A stretch of DNA of 64,000 nt from Takakia lepidozioides (taxonomy: Eukaryota > Plantae > Bryophyta), in contig CM060731.1 of NCBI GenBank assembly GCA_030704615.1, forward strand, positions 12,276,001 to 12,340,000, given 5' to 3'. Numbering within the stretch: position 1 is the stretch's first letter; every line of letters begins with the position of its first letter. The notes under the pieces are model-generated. The model was not told where the DNA came from. It did not search any database and saw only the letters and a list, made by a program, of their open reading frames with translations. This document shows, one piece after another, positions 34,708 through 49,400 of this stretch. The position numbers were made by a program, and so were the translations under genes.

Positions 34708-37700
34708 CTCCCACTCATCCACCAAAACTGACCATCTTCACATTTGCAAGAAAAGGAACAAAGGAAACACAAAGAGACGATCGGCTGTTAGAGCTCCCAC
34801 TCAGTCATCATAAACTACACTCCCACTTGTTTTCCTCTTAAATGTGAGCTCCCATGATCTCCATTAGATGCAGGCAAAGGCACCAGACCCATGAGCTCTC
34901 GAAACTTCTGGAAGCGATCTTTGCATAGTGGTAAGATAGTGGTAAGATAGTGGTTTAGTAAAAATTTCAACGATCTGTGCCCCAGTATGAATGTACATAA
35001 GCTGGATCTGCTGATCATTGTACTTCTCTCGGACAAAGTGGTACTGAATGTCCACATGCTTAGTCTTTCGGTGGATCTCAGGATTCTTCACGAGCTTGAT
35101 AGCTAACTGGCTATCGTAATATGTAGGACAATGGTTGTCTCCTGAGGAACGCCAATACTCCCAAGCAATCGTCTAAGCCAAATGGCTTCTTTAGTAGCAG
35201 TACATGCCACTATATATTCAGATTCTGTCGTCGAATTTGAAGTGCACTTTTGCCGTTGCCTACTCCATGCAATGGCAACATTGCCAAAAAGATACATGTA
35301 TCTTGAGTGAGATTTCCTGGTGTCGATGTCACCACCATAATCATCGTCACAAAAACCTGTAAGAGAATTATCATTCTCTATCCCATGATAGCAGATGCCA
35401 TGGGTACAAGTACTCTTCAGGTAACGAATGATTCGCTTAACTGCAGTCCAGCGAGAAGTCCTTGGTGCTTCACATAACTTAGCCACAATGCTGGTAGCAT
35501 ATGCAATGTTAGGTCGAGTAAGTATCATTGCAAACATGATACTCCCCACAGCTTCCTTGTATGGCACATCAATGCAAAGCTGATCGTTACTTTCTTCTTC
35601 TGCAAAGCCTGTAAGATTCACGAGTGTGTCTCATGGCGTGGAAACTTCATTGACATCCTGTAAACCAAAATGATGGATTACCTTCTGGATATAGCGTTCT
35701 TGATCTACAAAGAGAGCTCTCCCTGCCCTGAAACGATGGACGTGCAAGCCCACATAGTAAGATGCATCTCCCGTGGTTATCTCAAACACAAATTTGAGAT
35801 ATTTGACCGTATCATCCAACTTGTATCGATCAATACAATAGGAAATGCCATCGTCCACAAAGATTCCCAAAATGGTCTCAACCTTGTCTTTGTTATAGTA
35901 CACACATGGGTCAGCTTCACTGGCCTTGAGATTGTATTTTGTAAGAAAGTAGTCAAACTTCACATTCCATTGTTTTGCTGCCTGTTTAAGCTGGCCATAG
36001 AGACTCTTTAACAACTTGCAGACTTGATTCTCTTTTCCAATCTGCTTTTAGCCTTCTGGCTGCTCCATATCAATCTCCTCTAGAAGATCACCATTCAAGA
36101 ACGCAGTTTTAATGTCAAACAAAACAATCTGCATGTCATGAGTGGCTGCCATAGCCAGAATGGTGCAAATGGAGTCATGCTTCACTACGGGTGAGAATGT
36201 TTGATCGAAATCAACTCCTGCTGTCTGAGAATAGCCTTTGGCAACAATTCTGGCTTTGAAACGCTCAATTTCTCCATCAAATTTGTACTTCACCTTATAG
36301 ACCCACTTACAGTGCACAACCTTTCTGTTGGTGGATAACTCTTGAAGAATCCATGTATTTGTTTTCAGCAAAGATGCATACTCTTCATCCATTGCCTGTC
36401 GCCACAAGTCTGCATCCTTAGATCTCATGGCCTCACATAAAAACCTTGGTTTGTCTTCAAGATAATTGTCGTCCGCTATACAAGCAAATGAAGTGTCACC
36501 ACGCTTACTGCAACATGTCCCACTCACCTAACCGAACAGGTGGTCCACGAACCCTAGGAGTCAAAGCCTTCAGCGACAACATGGATTTCTTCGATCTCTT
36601 CAGCAACAAGAAGCTATGCAACATGGACTTCTTCACTTTCTACCAACATGAAGCTTTGCAAATACTGCACACTGAGTAGGGTTTGTGAGAGATATCTCAA
36701 TGGCATCCCTGGCTCCCTATGAATGTTCCAAAACACTCGCAGATGAGCTTTCATCGAACTCCACATCTGCACTAATAGAGGTTTTCCTGGAAACTTGATC
36801 CCAGAGCTTGTAAGCAACATTTTCTGACTCTTTGGTTCTAGTTTCTTTCGCAACTGTTTCAGTATGTGCTTGAAAGCACTACATCCGAAGACTCAGAGGT
36901 GACCAACTGATGGTTTTCCGTTGTACCATAGTTCGTATGGAGTACTCCCTTCCGTTTGCTTGCAGGTGACCCTATTCAGGACATACACCGCTACATGTTG
37001 GCTGCTTCGGCCCATAGATCAAGGGATAAATCTCTAGCATGTAACATGCTTCTGACTGCCTCAACAATTGTTCCATTGTTAGGTCCAACATCCCCGTTCT
37101 GTTTAGGAGTGTAAGGGGCACTCTTCTCATGACGGATTCCCTTGCTATCAAGATATCCTTTAAATGCCTTTCCAACATATTCTCCTCCCATGTCTGTTCG
37201 CAATTTGACTATCTTAGTCTGAATATGTTGGGACATCTCTTTCTCTAGGATCTTGAACATTCAAATGCTTTTGACTTGTTACTGATAAAGAAAATGAAAC
37301 GAAAGCCAGTAGCATCATCCTTGAAAAAAATGTAGGAAGATGCGCCACCCATGGATTTTACAGACATAGGTCCACAAATATCTGAATGGAAAAACTCTCC
37401 AGGAGTAAGGGATCTCTCTTTCTCAGGGTCTGAAGAGTAGGTTGCTCAATGTTGTTTTCTGTACATACAACCCTCACAAAGGTGACTGATATCTCCTTCC
37501 TGGTCAGTGATTCTTAGACCTTCAACGACATTGTTGACATTCATTTTCAGTATTGTCTTTACCCTGACATGAGCCATGCGCTGATACCATAACTGTGCAT
37601 TTGTTAACACAAGGTTTCCTTCCAATCTCTCTAGCTGTTGAGAAGTCCTGATCTTGAACTAGATGGTCACTTGTAACATTTGCCATGGACTCTTGCTCTA

Positions 37701-38987
37701 TAGCTTTAAGTTCAACTTGTACAGTTTACCTATTCTTGACCCTGTAAGAACAACCTTCCCCTCTCCTGCTTGATCTCTCATGACACAGTCGAGCTTCCCA
37801 TACCTCGTGTAGATATTGTTATCTGCCGCTTGGCCTATGGAGTAAAGATTCCTTCTCAACTTAGAAACATATAAGATATTTGTTAAAGTTCTTCTCAACC
37901 ACACTCCCTCAATGTTTCTCTTGACATCAATGTCACCAATACTAGCAACCCACAGTTTACTATCATCTGCAACAAGAACCGACCATGTGCCTTAAGCAAC
38001 AGGTTTGAAAATCTCAAACCATTCCTTTCTGTGTGTCATGTGCTCTAATGCCTCTCCATCTACGTATTAGATACCATCACTGCCTGAAGCAATGAACGCT
38101 TGAGAATGAGCCATGAAAGCTACACTTTCATCACTCCTTGCACTACTACTTGAAAGATTTGCTTCGCTTTTCTTGTCAAACTTTCCTTTACATTTCCTCA
38201 GTTTGTTAGGACACTCTCTGGCCCAATGGCCAACCTCACCACAATCGTGACACGGTGTCACCTTCTTCAGTTCCATCACATGATCACTATTCGGTTTTTT
38301 TTTTTTTTTTTTTTTTCTGCCGATAATCCTTTGATCAGTTCTTTGTCTAGAAAGCTTTGTCCCTTCTTATTAAGGCTCTCTTCCTTAACAAACGAATCGT
38401 GAGATTTTGTATAGTCTGCGACTCCTCGGGCAAGCAGTCCCAAACGGACATCAAATGTCTATAACTAGGTGGTAAACTATACATCACCTTAGTAATAACA
38501 AGCTTCTCAGGTATCACCACTCCCAAATCTGTGATCTCTCTTGCCATATTTTCCACCTTGGAAATATGCTTGACCATACTATCTCCCTTTTGTAGTTTAT
38601 ACTTAAAGAAATTGCTCTAGAAAATGTGGATGTTCTCCTTAGACCTTTGCTCGAGGATAGCTTTGAGCCTATCCCACATTTCTGCAGCAGTTGTGCATTG
38701 GATGAGCATCTCTAGATAAGTCTCATCAATCGTTGATGCTATCAGCACTAGTCTTGCCTGATTATCTATCCAGTCATCCTGATCATTTGCTTCTGCCAAC
38801 GTCTCAGTGCCGTTGACAATCTTCATATATTTCTTGGCATGGAAAATCATTTCTATTTGGTATCGCCACAGTGAGAAGCTATGCTTCCCATCAAACTTTA
38901 TGATATGTGCTACATCTCTAGTCTCCATCGCTGTGAACAGATCAGTCATGTCTCTTGTTTCTACACTAGCCTGACGCGTGTGGGCCC

Positions 38988-39245
38988 AGACAGACTTACA
39001 TGAGTTCTAGGATAGCAAGGAAACACTAGTAATCAATACAGACTTAGAGCAAACACAGATCAGATTCTTCGTGTTAAAACAACGTTAGCACATATGTGCA
39101 TACAGACTGCTGCATACTAAAACGATGCCAACACAAGAGAGTTTCTCTGCAACAACTAAAGCTATTTAAAGAAAGCTTAGCTATCAAGAAAATAGGTGAA
39201 TGCCACAGGACACGTGGTTTTGGATGAATGTTATAACAACCAACA
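38988..39245 (-). repeat. Copia 5' LTR (inner end and part of the PBS deleted)
   Basis: Direct repeat of 34454-34707. It abuts TGGGCCCA directly. Confidence 0.88.
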
Positions 39246-39299
39246 AATCCTTAGTTGAGTTAAATAAGGAAGATTAGTGGTGAAGATCATCTAAATGAG

Positions 39300-39500
39300 A
39301 GAATTAAGAAATGAGAGAGGAGATTCCCTCAGAGTTAATTGCCAGACAACGATATAGAAATAATTCATTTGCAGCTTGTGAGTAAAGGATGGTATAGAGA
39401 ACTATCAGCCCTTTATAAAGCAGATTATTGGAGACAAAATTTGGTAGAAAAATGGTACCTAGTTTCTGCTGACGGTAAAGAGTTAATAGAAGATGGCTCA
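39300..39500 (+). pseudogene. Degenerate F-box-like fragment (copy 2)
   Basis: LPDNDIEIIHLQLVSKGWYRELSALYKADYWRQNLVEKWY parallels copy 1 (LVQLKSVSRGRYKEISTIYRHCHWRHNSIQMWY). Confidence 0.35.
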
Positions 39501-40499
39501 GATAATATCTATGAAACTGAGAGAGTATTAATTGAACCGAGTATTAATTGAACCGGATGAAGAGGACTGGTGGTAGAAACCACTTGGGGGAGAGAATTGA
39601 ACAAGATTCAGTAACTTAAAGTCATTATTCCAATTGCAATTGTGTGCTTTCCTTGCGAACGAACCTTGGGACTGAATGGATTCTGTCTTAGAATTAATTC
39701 CAGTTCTTATTCTACATATGTTGCAACCAAAAAAACCACGCATGAGGCATCTCTCTTGAAGGGAGAGTTGATACATACCCATTTCTTGATTCTAAGCTTA
39801 GGTCAGCGCAGGACCCTATTCCTCTATTGTTCCAAGAGGACAAAGAAATGTTCATGGTCCACGTAACTTGCAAAAATGAGGCCATCATCTCTACATGCAT
39901 GATGCCCTCTCATGTGAATGTGCCGTACAAAAATTAAAAAAAAAAGAAAAAAGAAGAAAAAAAAAGTGCCGAGTGTAGATGATTCTCGTGGATGACAAAC
40001 ATCCATTTGCTCAGTTGGCCAAACCCTGGCCTTTGTGGACAGTCGCGGCGACACCGAGTTTTTCAAACTGGCAACGGTCATGGCCGGCAACGGCTCTACA
40101 GGCCCTTCTTTCTTTCCCTTCTTCCTTCGTACTTACTTTCGAGTCTGTTGCTGATTAGGAGGTTCTTGTACCTCGCTCACAGCTCTAGTATTCTGCCTCC
40201 CTTTGATAAGGAGATCAAGTACCATGACTTGAGAGTCTGTTGGGAGTTTGTCTTTTTCTTTGAGGTCCTTTCTTGCTGTGCAAAGTGCAAGTATTGCTCG
40301 GATGCCGAAACTTACCGTCCACATTCATGTCTTTGGAAGGAGAGACTCATTGTAAATTACACTGCTTACCATCTTGACTTCTGGCCCCAATCTGCCTTTT
40401 GTGCTTCAAGATACGTTGGAATTGAGGCTGTAAGTTCTGTGATTGTGATTCCGTTCTTGGAGGGTTACAGAGCGGGACGAAAGTGTAGAGAACTCTGCG

Positions 40500-43400
40500 A
40501 TGGGGAAAGGAGCGTCTCCGCTGCGTCTGTTGATGCGAAATTCTCCCAAGAGGCCAGCCCAGGAGAATGTCGATATCAACACTTGCAACGTGGGACACGA
40601 ACTGACACCCCCCCGCCTCCCTCTTTGCTCGATTTCCGAGAGTGGTCGAAATCCCCTGGCATCATCCCCTGACCACTCCAACACTGATGCTGTGACCCCC
40701 GGGGGAAAGATGGATCCTGGGACTCCAAGAGCAAAGAAGAAGAGCCACTCTTTGGGACAATGTTTGTTTCCTCACGTTGAAAACATGGACCGCAATGAGA
40801 ATGCTGGTGGTGGAACACCCGAAAAGCATCTCCAGTCTTCTACGGGCGCAACCCCTTTGAGTGGAAAGAGTAAAAATTCTCACCGTCACCCTCCCTCCAC
40901 TGTGTTAGAAACTACAGGGGCTTCTGGACTCAAGAAATCGCCGTCTGTCTCGCGCGCTCTTCAAGATATCTCTCTCAATGACACAGCTTTGGAGGGGACC
41001 AACACCCCTCCTCGGAAGCATTTGGCATCCACTGCTGAGGTTTCTCACCAACCGGTGAATGGCAATAAGGGGGTGTTGGGGCAAGCAGGCCCAAGTAAGA
41101 CAGGAGGTGAAGCTGGAAGTGCTCTTGCAACTCCGAGACCTCTTCGCAGTGGATTGAAGTCTTCCAATGATGCGGAGACGGGGGCAGTTACTCGCTGCAA
41201 TACCAGCCAACAACCCGCTGCAACACCTTGCAAAAGCGTGATTAAGTCATTAAAATATGGAGCACCCAATGTAAGTGCCTTCTCCGGGATGGGGTTTTCA
41301 AGCTCACGAGCTGTGGGGCCTGTGGGAAGCAGTGCACGGACCATGGGGACCATGCAGCAGGGCAATCAACACCTTGTGGAACATCATTTTGAGCTTGAGG
41401 AGGATCCCTCCTTTTGGCAGGACCACAATGTCCAGGTGCGTGTGTTTGTCCCCTACATTATCTGAATACCTCCCCACTGCCTTTCTTTCTCCTTTCTTCT
41501 CTGTTTTTCTTTGAGTATCAGGAGGAAGCATATCGAACTCCATGTTCGGCAGATCTGCCAACCAGTGAATCTTCCATATAGGTGCAGGTCTATGGGGATA
41601 CATTCTTGGTCCTCTGAGATGATAAAATCCTACAGCCTAATTACTTGTCTGTAACTCTATCCCCACCTCTTCTGTGGGCAGAGCCTATCGATAGAGGCTA
41701 GTAGATTGGAGAACTTGGAGCGTGATGAATGTTTGTGTCAGGCTTCCGCCAGAGATGACAGATAGGAGATTGACTGAAGACCATTTCTGCTTTCACTGCC
41801 CTCTGTACAATGAGATCGGGGGGTATATTGTCTAGTCTGGGGAAGCTCTTTCATTACGAGGATCAGAAATGCATGCATAGCTGCATGAGGCGTTTTGTCT
41901 TACAGAATCTCTTGATGAATAGTTGTTTCTGGGTTGCTTGTTGAGGGCCCCACTCTCTTTCGTGTATTCTTCTTTCTTTGTCCCATACGCTATTTGAGTT
42001 TCCCTTTGAAGTTTGAAGTCTCGTTCTGTTTTTCCTCTTTTATCACTTGAATAACACCCTCATCTGCTTCGCTTTCATGCTTTCCTCTTCAACTTGTCCT
42101 TCTCCACTTCCACTTTATCATCGGACCGGATATCAAGCAGTGTAGCCAGGAATCTTCATCGTTCCATGACATTTTGTCACCGAGCGCTCTGATGTCATCT
42201 CTCTCTTCCTGACTTCTCTGGTTCTTTTGCCACGAGGTAAAAATTTCCACACAAGTGGGCCTGGAAACTAAGTGAATAACAGAGTCTAGTAACAGAATCT
42301 TGGAGGCCTGGCTCAGATGGCATATGAGCCCTCCATAGAGATATGCTGTTGGTCACCTATCCAATATCCATATTGCCATTTACACCTTTGTTCAGGTCCT
42401 TTTCTATAGGATTCCAGGATTTCCCAGCTTCAGCAAGAACAGGTCCAATTAGTCTCTTCTGGAGTGGCACGTTTGAGGATGTGATTGTTAGAATTTGATC
42501 GCAAGATGTGAAATTGACGAAGATTTTATGCTGGTGAATTGCAGGTGTTAATTAGGACTAGGCCAATTAGTAGCTCTGAAATGGCGGTGCAAGGATTTAG
42601 CAAATGCCTGAAGCAAGAGAGTCCCCACACCATCACCTGGCTTGGTCAACCTGAGTCCCGCTTCACCTTCGATCATGTGGCTGGCGAAATCGTGTCACAG
42701 GTACCCATTCAGGCTGGTCGCTGTCTTTAGTAACTGAAGCATGGTCTGCAAGTCTGTGAGTTGGCAGAGATAGCAGAGATAGCATGAGTACTTCAGAACC
42801 AGTCGGCTAGAGATGGTACAGCAGGACTCTGCAGTTTATGATAAGTTGCCAACCGCAAAATTGTGAGGGTGCAGGAGAAACTCTTCAAAGTGGCGGGATT
42901 ACCCATGGTGGAGAATTGTATGGCTGGATACAACAGCTCTATGTTTGCCTACGGCCAGGTATGAAGGATTTTCAAGAGTCGTTCAGAGTCTGATAAGAAC
43001 AGAGACCATAGTAGATGGCCAAATTGTCTGGTTTAACAGGAGACAGTAGTGCATGCATGTGTTTGGTTAGGCTGAAGAGCTCCTCCTTTTGATACCCTAC
43101 TATCCAGCTCGTAAACTAACGGAGGACTCATGCTGTGTGTTAACAGACAGGAAGTGGGAAAACACATACAATGCTCGGAGACATTGACAATATTGACAAC
43201 AGCCCAAGTGACAACCGGGGCATGACGCCACGTGTATTTGAGTACCTTTTTGCAAGGATCCAGAAGGTATGAAGCTCTTCCTGAAACTGAACTTGAGGCT
43301 CTCCACTCTTAGCGTTAGCTGCCTATACAAACAGGATTTTGGTCTGTTTCTGATTTTCATAACTATGTGTAGAAAAACATGAGTTGGACCCGAGCTAAGT

Positions 43401-46400
43401 CTATCAAACGGTCGGTGTTTGGCAGGAGGAAGAAACGCGCAAAGAGGAGAGTCTGAAATTTATGTGTAAATGCTCCTTTTTGGAAATATATAATGAGCAG
43501 ATCACTGATTTGCTGGAGCCTTCCTCAACAAATTTGCAGGTGCCACTACTTCTCACTCATAACGTTGCTAATGTTTCCCGTCTTCTCTTTATCATCACTT
43601 GTCATATCTATAACAACATCTCTGGTGGGAGCTGTTTTCAGCTCCAATGCGAAATCTAGTCTAAATGTAACTGGAGATGTGTAAACCAAAGAAACCGTGT
43701 CTCGATTCTTCTTGTACAGATGCGAGAGGATGCTCGAAAGGGGGTTTACGTCGACAACTTGTCAGAGGTTGAGGTGCATAGCGTCCAAGATGTCCTCCAA
43801 CTACTGATCCAGGTGCTTTGTTCTATCTGCTTTCTTTAATTTAACTCATCAGCTCAGATGGCTGTGAACCAAGGTGGGGGAGGGGAGACGGTGAAAGTAC
43901 AAGACGCGTCGCCCTAATGATTAACTTTTTTGAGAGGGAGAGGGAGAGAGTCACACACACACAAGAAATGAAAGAAAATAAAAGAAAGAGAGAGATGATG
44001 CATCTGTGCATGAAATTTCAGGGAGCCGCAAACAGGAAAGTCGCGGCAACAAATATGAACAGGGAGAGCAGTCGCTCTCATAGTGTGTTTACCTGCATTG
44101 TTGAAAGCAAGGTTCTTCTCTCGCCCTGGAGCATTGAATTTTGAACTGATTGACCAGTTGAGTTTCATAGCTTCATGAATATATGCTTCACCATACCGAA
44201 GTCTCACTCTGATTTGCGCTGATTTTTAGCTGGTTCCTAGTTTGACGTGTTGAGTTTATAGGTACTTCAATGCACACATCACCAAACCGAAGTCTCACTC
44301 TGATTGCGCCATTGCAGTGGGAAAGCGATTCCATGACCAATCTTCGGTTTGGGCGACTCAATTTAGTTGACCTTGCAGGCTCGGAAAGGTAGGAGGAGCA
44401 GCAATTTCTTTCTCAGCGTTATTGTGACCTGAAGCAACTTTATGATAGGGAGCCATATGAAGCTAGGTCTACATGAATGATGAGTGGTGCTTGATTGTGA
44501 ACAGGCAGAAAACCTCGGGTGCTGAAGGCGAGCGTCTGAAAGAAGCTGCCAATATTAACAAGTCCCTCTCGACACTCGGGTAATTTTAAGCCTCATGTTG
44601 GGATTGTGTGGGTAGAGAGGCAGAATGAGATAGAAGAGGCACATTTATTTGGTCTCTAATCCTATTGTTCTCATGATCCGTGCAGCCTTGTCATCATGAT
44701 CTTGGTGGATGTAGCAAATGGAAAACAGCGTCATGTCCCCTATCGTGATTCAAAACTCACCTTTCTCCTCCAGGTACTTCATGAGCCCTCTCTCTCTCTC
44801 CCTCTCAAATCGTAACATCTTTGGTTTTTGCATGAGTTTTAATCTGAACTGTTGACAGCTGGACTGTGTACTGCTGTTCACTAAATGACGAATGCTCAAC
44901 ATGTAGGATTCTCTGGGAGGCAACTCAAAAACTACCATGATCGCCACTGTTAGTCCTTCGAGCTGGTATGTAACCAGAGTCTGGTCCGTGCAAGTTTTTT
45001 TTTCTCTCTCTCTCTCTCTCCCTCTTCTGTTGTTGAGAGAGGGTTGATTCTAAATAACCTGCACCTGCTGAAGTCTCCAATGAATTATCTACTTTCCTAT
45101 GTCTTTACATTTCCTTTGGCAACCACCTTGGCAACCATCTAACATGGAGTTCTGGCTTGACAGCAACGCACTGGAGACGCTAAGTACCCTCAAATTTGCA
45201 CAGCGTGCCAAGCTTATCCGTAATACTGTATGCTGCTGATCCTCATCTTGTTCCCTACGGGTCTGAGCAAAGCATGTTTAGGAAGTACAGACAGTTGTGC
45301 TTGTATGTCTATCTATTCTGTGTTTGGGGGTTGTGTATATGTAGGGGGAATGTGGATGACTTCAATTCTGGACTTGATTGTGTTGACAGGCCATTGTTAA
45401 TGAAGACGCGTCTGGTGATGTGAGAGCTCTGCGGTTACAGATTCAACAAATGAAGGTTTGTCTGGAACTGATGTCTTTTTGTATGCCTAAGGGATTGTTT
45501 TCCTACAACGTAACGGTTTATTTGATCCTTCTTGAACCTAAGTACAATTCCACATTGTAGGTCAAATTTCCTTTTCTTTTCCCTCCTTTCCTTTCACTCC
45601 TTTTCTGTGGAGATAAGCTCCTAACAATACTGTGCTAATCTACAACAGGAAGAGTTAGATCGGTTGCGCCGCCAAAGCATATCAAGAACACCATCAATTC
45701 AGATGACAGCACCGTTGGAGGATGGCTTTGGGGTTGGCAGCAGCATGGCAGTCATAACAGTTGATCCGTTGCAGCAAGAACGTTGGCCACCGGGCTCTTG
45801 GGACTCCAGCAGAGTTTTAGGCAGCCCAAAACTTTCCAACAAGCAGGTAATCAGAGACAGAGTGCATAGATGTGTGTATGGAAAGGTAATATGCTGCCTT
45901 TTTTTCAATCACATTCACATTGAAGTTAAGTTTCCAATTTCAATCTTATCCATACCATATCCAGAAAAAGGTTGAACTGGTTGCTGTTTTGTGATCAGAT
46001 GAGGGGAATGGAGGCTGTACTGGCTGGAGCCTTAAGACGGGAGCAGGTGGCTGATGCTGCTACAAGACGTTTGGCTGCTGAAATTGAACAGTTAAACCGC
46101 CTTGTATGGAGTTTCTCTGTTCTCCTGTCGAGGAACCGTCACATGCTTGCTAATTGCTGGGAAACTCAGTGCTGAAGTATATCTAGGTTTCTACTAAATT
46201 AGTTTATAGAACACAGAGGGTCAAAGTGCAAGATGCACGAAGACACTGGGTCGTTAATCACTTTTTATATTTATTGTACTTCGACAAATGGTCTGCCAGG
46301 GTATGCTTCTACACCAAGGGCTTACTGGAATGGAATAATGTTGCAGGTTCGCCAGCGTGAGGAAGATACACAGAGTGGTAAAATGATTCTGCGTTTTCGG

Positions 46401-49400
46401 GAAGACAAAATCCGGAGACTGGAGACCCTGGCAGAGGGCCTTCTCTCAGTAGAATCATATCTTGAAGAAGAGTTTAAGGTGCTCAATGAGGAACTGCAGC
46501 TTGTGAGGGCCAAAGTCGACCGGAATCCTGAACTCACCCGGTTTGCCATGGAGAATATCCGGCTCTTGGATCAACTACAGAGGTATAATGTGATGTGGCG
46601 GTTTTGCAATAAGGTAGTTGCAGACGAGTTGGTTGTAAGAGGGAGATGCATATTGTGATTGCAAACTCATGTGTGGTTGGTACTTTTCGTTGACATCTTG
46701 GTTTGCAGCCTTCAAGATTTCCATGTTAGTAGAGAACGAGAGGTCATGGTACTTCCATTTCACGAGAAGGTAGTTGCAGAGGATATGTGGGGACATCGAA
46801 GCCCTCTAGCAATTCTGAGCAGATTGTTTCCGTGAGAAGCATAGAAGAAACATACATTTGAGGTTCCCTCGATGATTCACAAAACCTCAAAGCGTTTCGT
46901 CCCGACTGGGTAGAAGAGCTGGTTGTAAGTTAAAGGGAGTGGCATATTGTGATTCCAAATTCATGTGCGTCGACAATACTTATGGTTGACATCTTGCTTT
47001 GCAGCCTTCAAGACTTCCATGTTGGTAGAGAACGAGATGTCATGGTGGAGGAGATTTCAAATCTTCGTGATCAGGTACGGTTGGTTGAAAAAGCGTCATT
47101 ATATATTGCGGAGCAATCTGGATCGTACCTGAAGTGTATTCAACTAATAGTGGGGAAATGGGCTTGCAGCTGTTGGAAATGCTAGATGGCAAGATTGCAC
47201 TTGATCAAGGACTTGTTCCTCTGACCACCCCTCAGGTTCGCTTCTCTTTCGGTCTCTTTGTCACTCTGTGCTTTGCTCTTCTTTCCTTTATTGTAGGTTC
47301 CAAAGGCTGTCATGGTCTCCTGTGGCATAGTGCTTATTTTTATCACCTCTCAATCTTTCCCCACTGCTGCTACTGTAGAATGCAAATAATGAAGGTTTGT
47401 CTTGATGGCCACATCATGCAGGTTTTTTTAACAGGCAGAATGTTCAATTAGAGAGAAATGAAATGAAATGAAATGGTGCTTTATAACGTCCGCGGAAAGC
47501 TCATAGAGCTTATGGGAGAGAGAGAGACGAGGCCAACAGTAGTTGGCATAAATTAGAGTTAGCGTAAATAGAGCCTCTTTCGTCTTGAGGGTGCAATGTT
47601 CGATTACACTATACTAACATATGACCTCTTGGGTACTCCAGAAAAAAGCTCTGGCACCAGAGCTTGCTGCAGCAGCCCGGGAGAACGAGCTGTTGCGCAT
47701 TGAGGTACCCACTGTAGAACTGCAGAGTATGAACTATATTTCCTTTTCATATGTCTGATTGAACTATCTCTGAATCTGAGTTGTTTCCATGCAGGCTGAT
47801 AACTCTAGATCTGAAGTGGAGGAATGCCGCACTAACTTGAATGCGTGCCTGGAGACAAATGCAAAGATGGCGAGGTTTGTTTTCATGAATTAATGTTATC
47901 ATTACAGAAATATTCTTGATGTAAAAACTAACCAAGTGGCTTACCTGATTGTGATTTGGGAGTTTATGATCGTTCCTTGTTGTTCCAGGCAAATCGATGA
48001 GCTGCATGCTGAGGTTGATCAGCTGAGGGCAGAAATTGCTCAACAACAGAATGATAATAGCGTGTCGAAGGTACGGTCTCTTTCATCATTTGGACATTTT
48101 GAGATCAGCCAAACCATTGTCGAAATTGCTCACAGTTGTCAGTATGTGTCTCTTGCAGTAAGACCCTCTTGTAGATTTGTTTTACAGGGAATAACTGGTG
48201 GTGTCAGCAGTAGTTGCATCGGCATTGGTTTAAAATTTCCAAGTAACCCAGACTACATAACTGGTGGAAAGTATGCTGGAGTATTAGGACAATAATACCA
48301 GGTTGTTGTGCCACGATGCAGGCCAATGCCCTTGAAAAATTGGAAGAGGCCGAGAACCTTGATCTTGTCATAGAGCTGAAGTTGCAGTTGCAGCAGGTAG
48401 GTTCCCTCTCCCTACATCATGTTTTGTTTTCCCCCCATGGTTCGATATGTTTGCTGACGAGTTCATGTTCACTGGGAAAATTGAGCTATCTATTTTCGTG
48501 TACTATATACTACACAAGCACAGAGTGGAGTGTGCCAGCTTGTGAGGTAAAGATGCATACTGGATGATATTAAGTGATCCCAGCATTGGTGTTGGCAGAG
48601 TGAGGAAAAGGCAAAGGTTGAGGCAAGCATGCATGAGCAGCTGGACCGCCAATTGAAAGAGGCCCTAAAAGAGGCACAAACTTTGCAGATTCAGCTCCAG
48701 GTGCCGTACATCAGTAGTCTATTGTGTAGATGAATTGTGCTCTAACTGCAGTGGACGTCCTTTGTACGATAGACGTTCTTTGTAGGATAGATGGAGCAGT
48801 TTCATCACAACTTTGTTTTTTTTATATTTGAGAAGGTTTTGACACAATATATAACTCCTGCGACTTGATGAAATGATTGTGTTGTGGTGTCAGAGGTTCT
48901 TCTACATGTCCTCCCTTTGAATTAGTCTTTCGCTGCATAAACATCGACTTTATATTTGTGCCAATTGGTGCAGGATACACAGGAGTCGCTGGAAGCAGCG
49001 AAAGTGCTCACCAAGAGGCTGCAGAGTACTGAGGCAAGCCTTGCTGCTGCTCAGGTATGTGTGAAAGGGCGAGAAGTTTCTTGTCAGTTTTGCTCTCGTT
49101 TTTATTATTGGGACTTTGTACTTAGCTGAGGCAATTTTGTTGTCGATACCAGGAAACAGCAGCATCTGCACAGGCCACAGTGAAACAGATAAGGCTGGAG
49201 ACAGAGGAAATAGCTGTGCAGCAAAGTCAATCTCTATCCGGCATTCAGGAAGTGGCTGTCCAGTGGCGTACAAAGGTGAGGTCCTGACATCCTTGCTTTG
49301 AAGGAAGATAGCGGTTTGGAATTTTGTAAAGCCAGATTGCCAGAGAATGAGACAGAAATGTGACTGCTAGCGCTGCATCCCGAGGGTGCTTACATGATCT

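Larger units (their letters stand above)
34441..39245 (-). mobile_element. Ty1/copia LTR retrotransposon, near full length, degenerate
   Basis: LTRs 34441-34707 and 38988-39245; TSD AATCT/AATCC. Minus-strand gag (KFDG..F..W), Zn knuckle CHDCGEVGHWAREC, integrase (LRTDMGGEY), RT (FKARIVAKGY, IFVDD) and RNase H (STTESEY, TKHVDIQYHFVRE). PPT GAGTGGGAG. Many stops. Confidence 0.95.
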
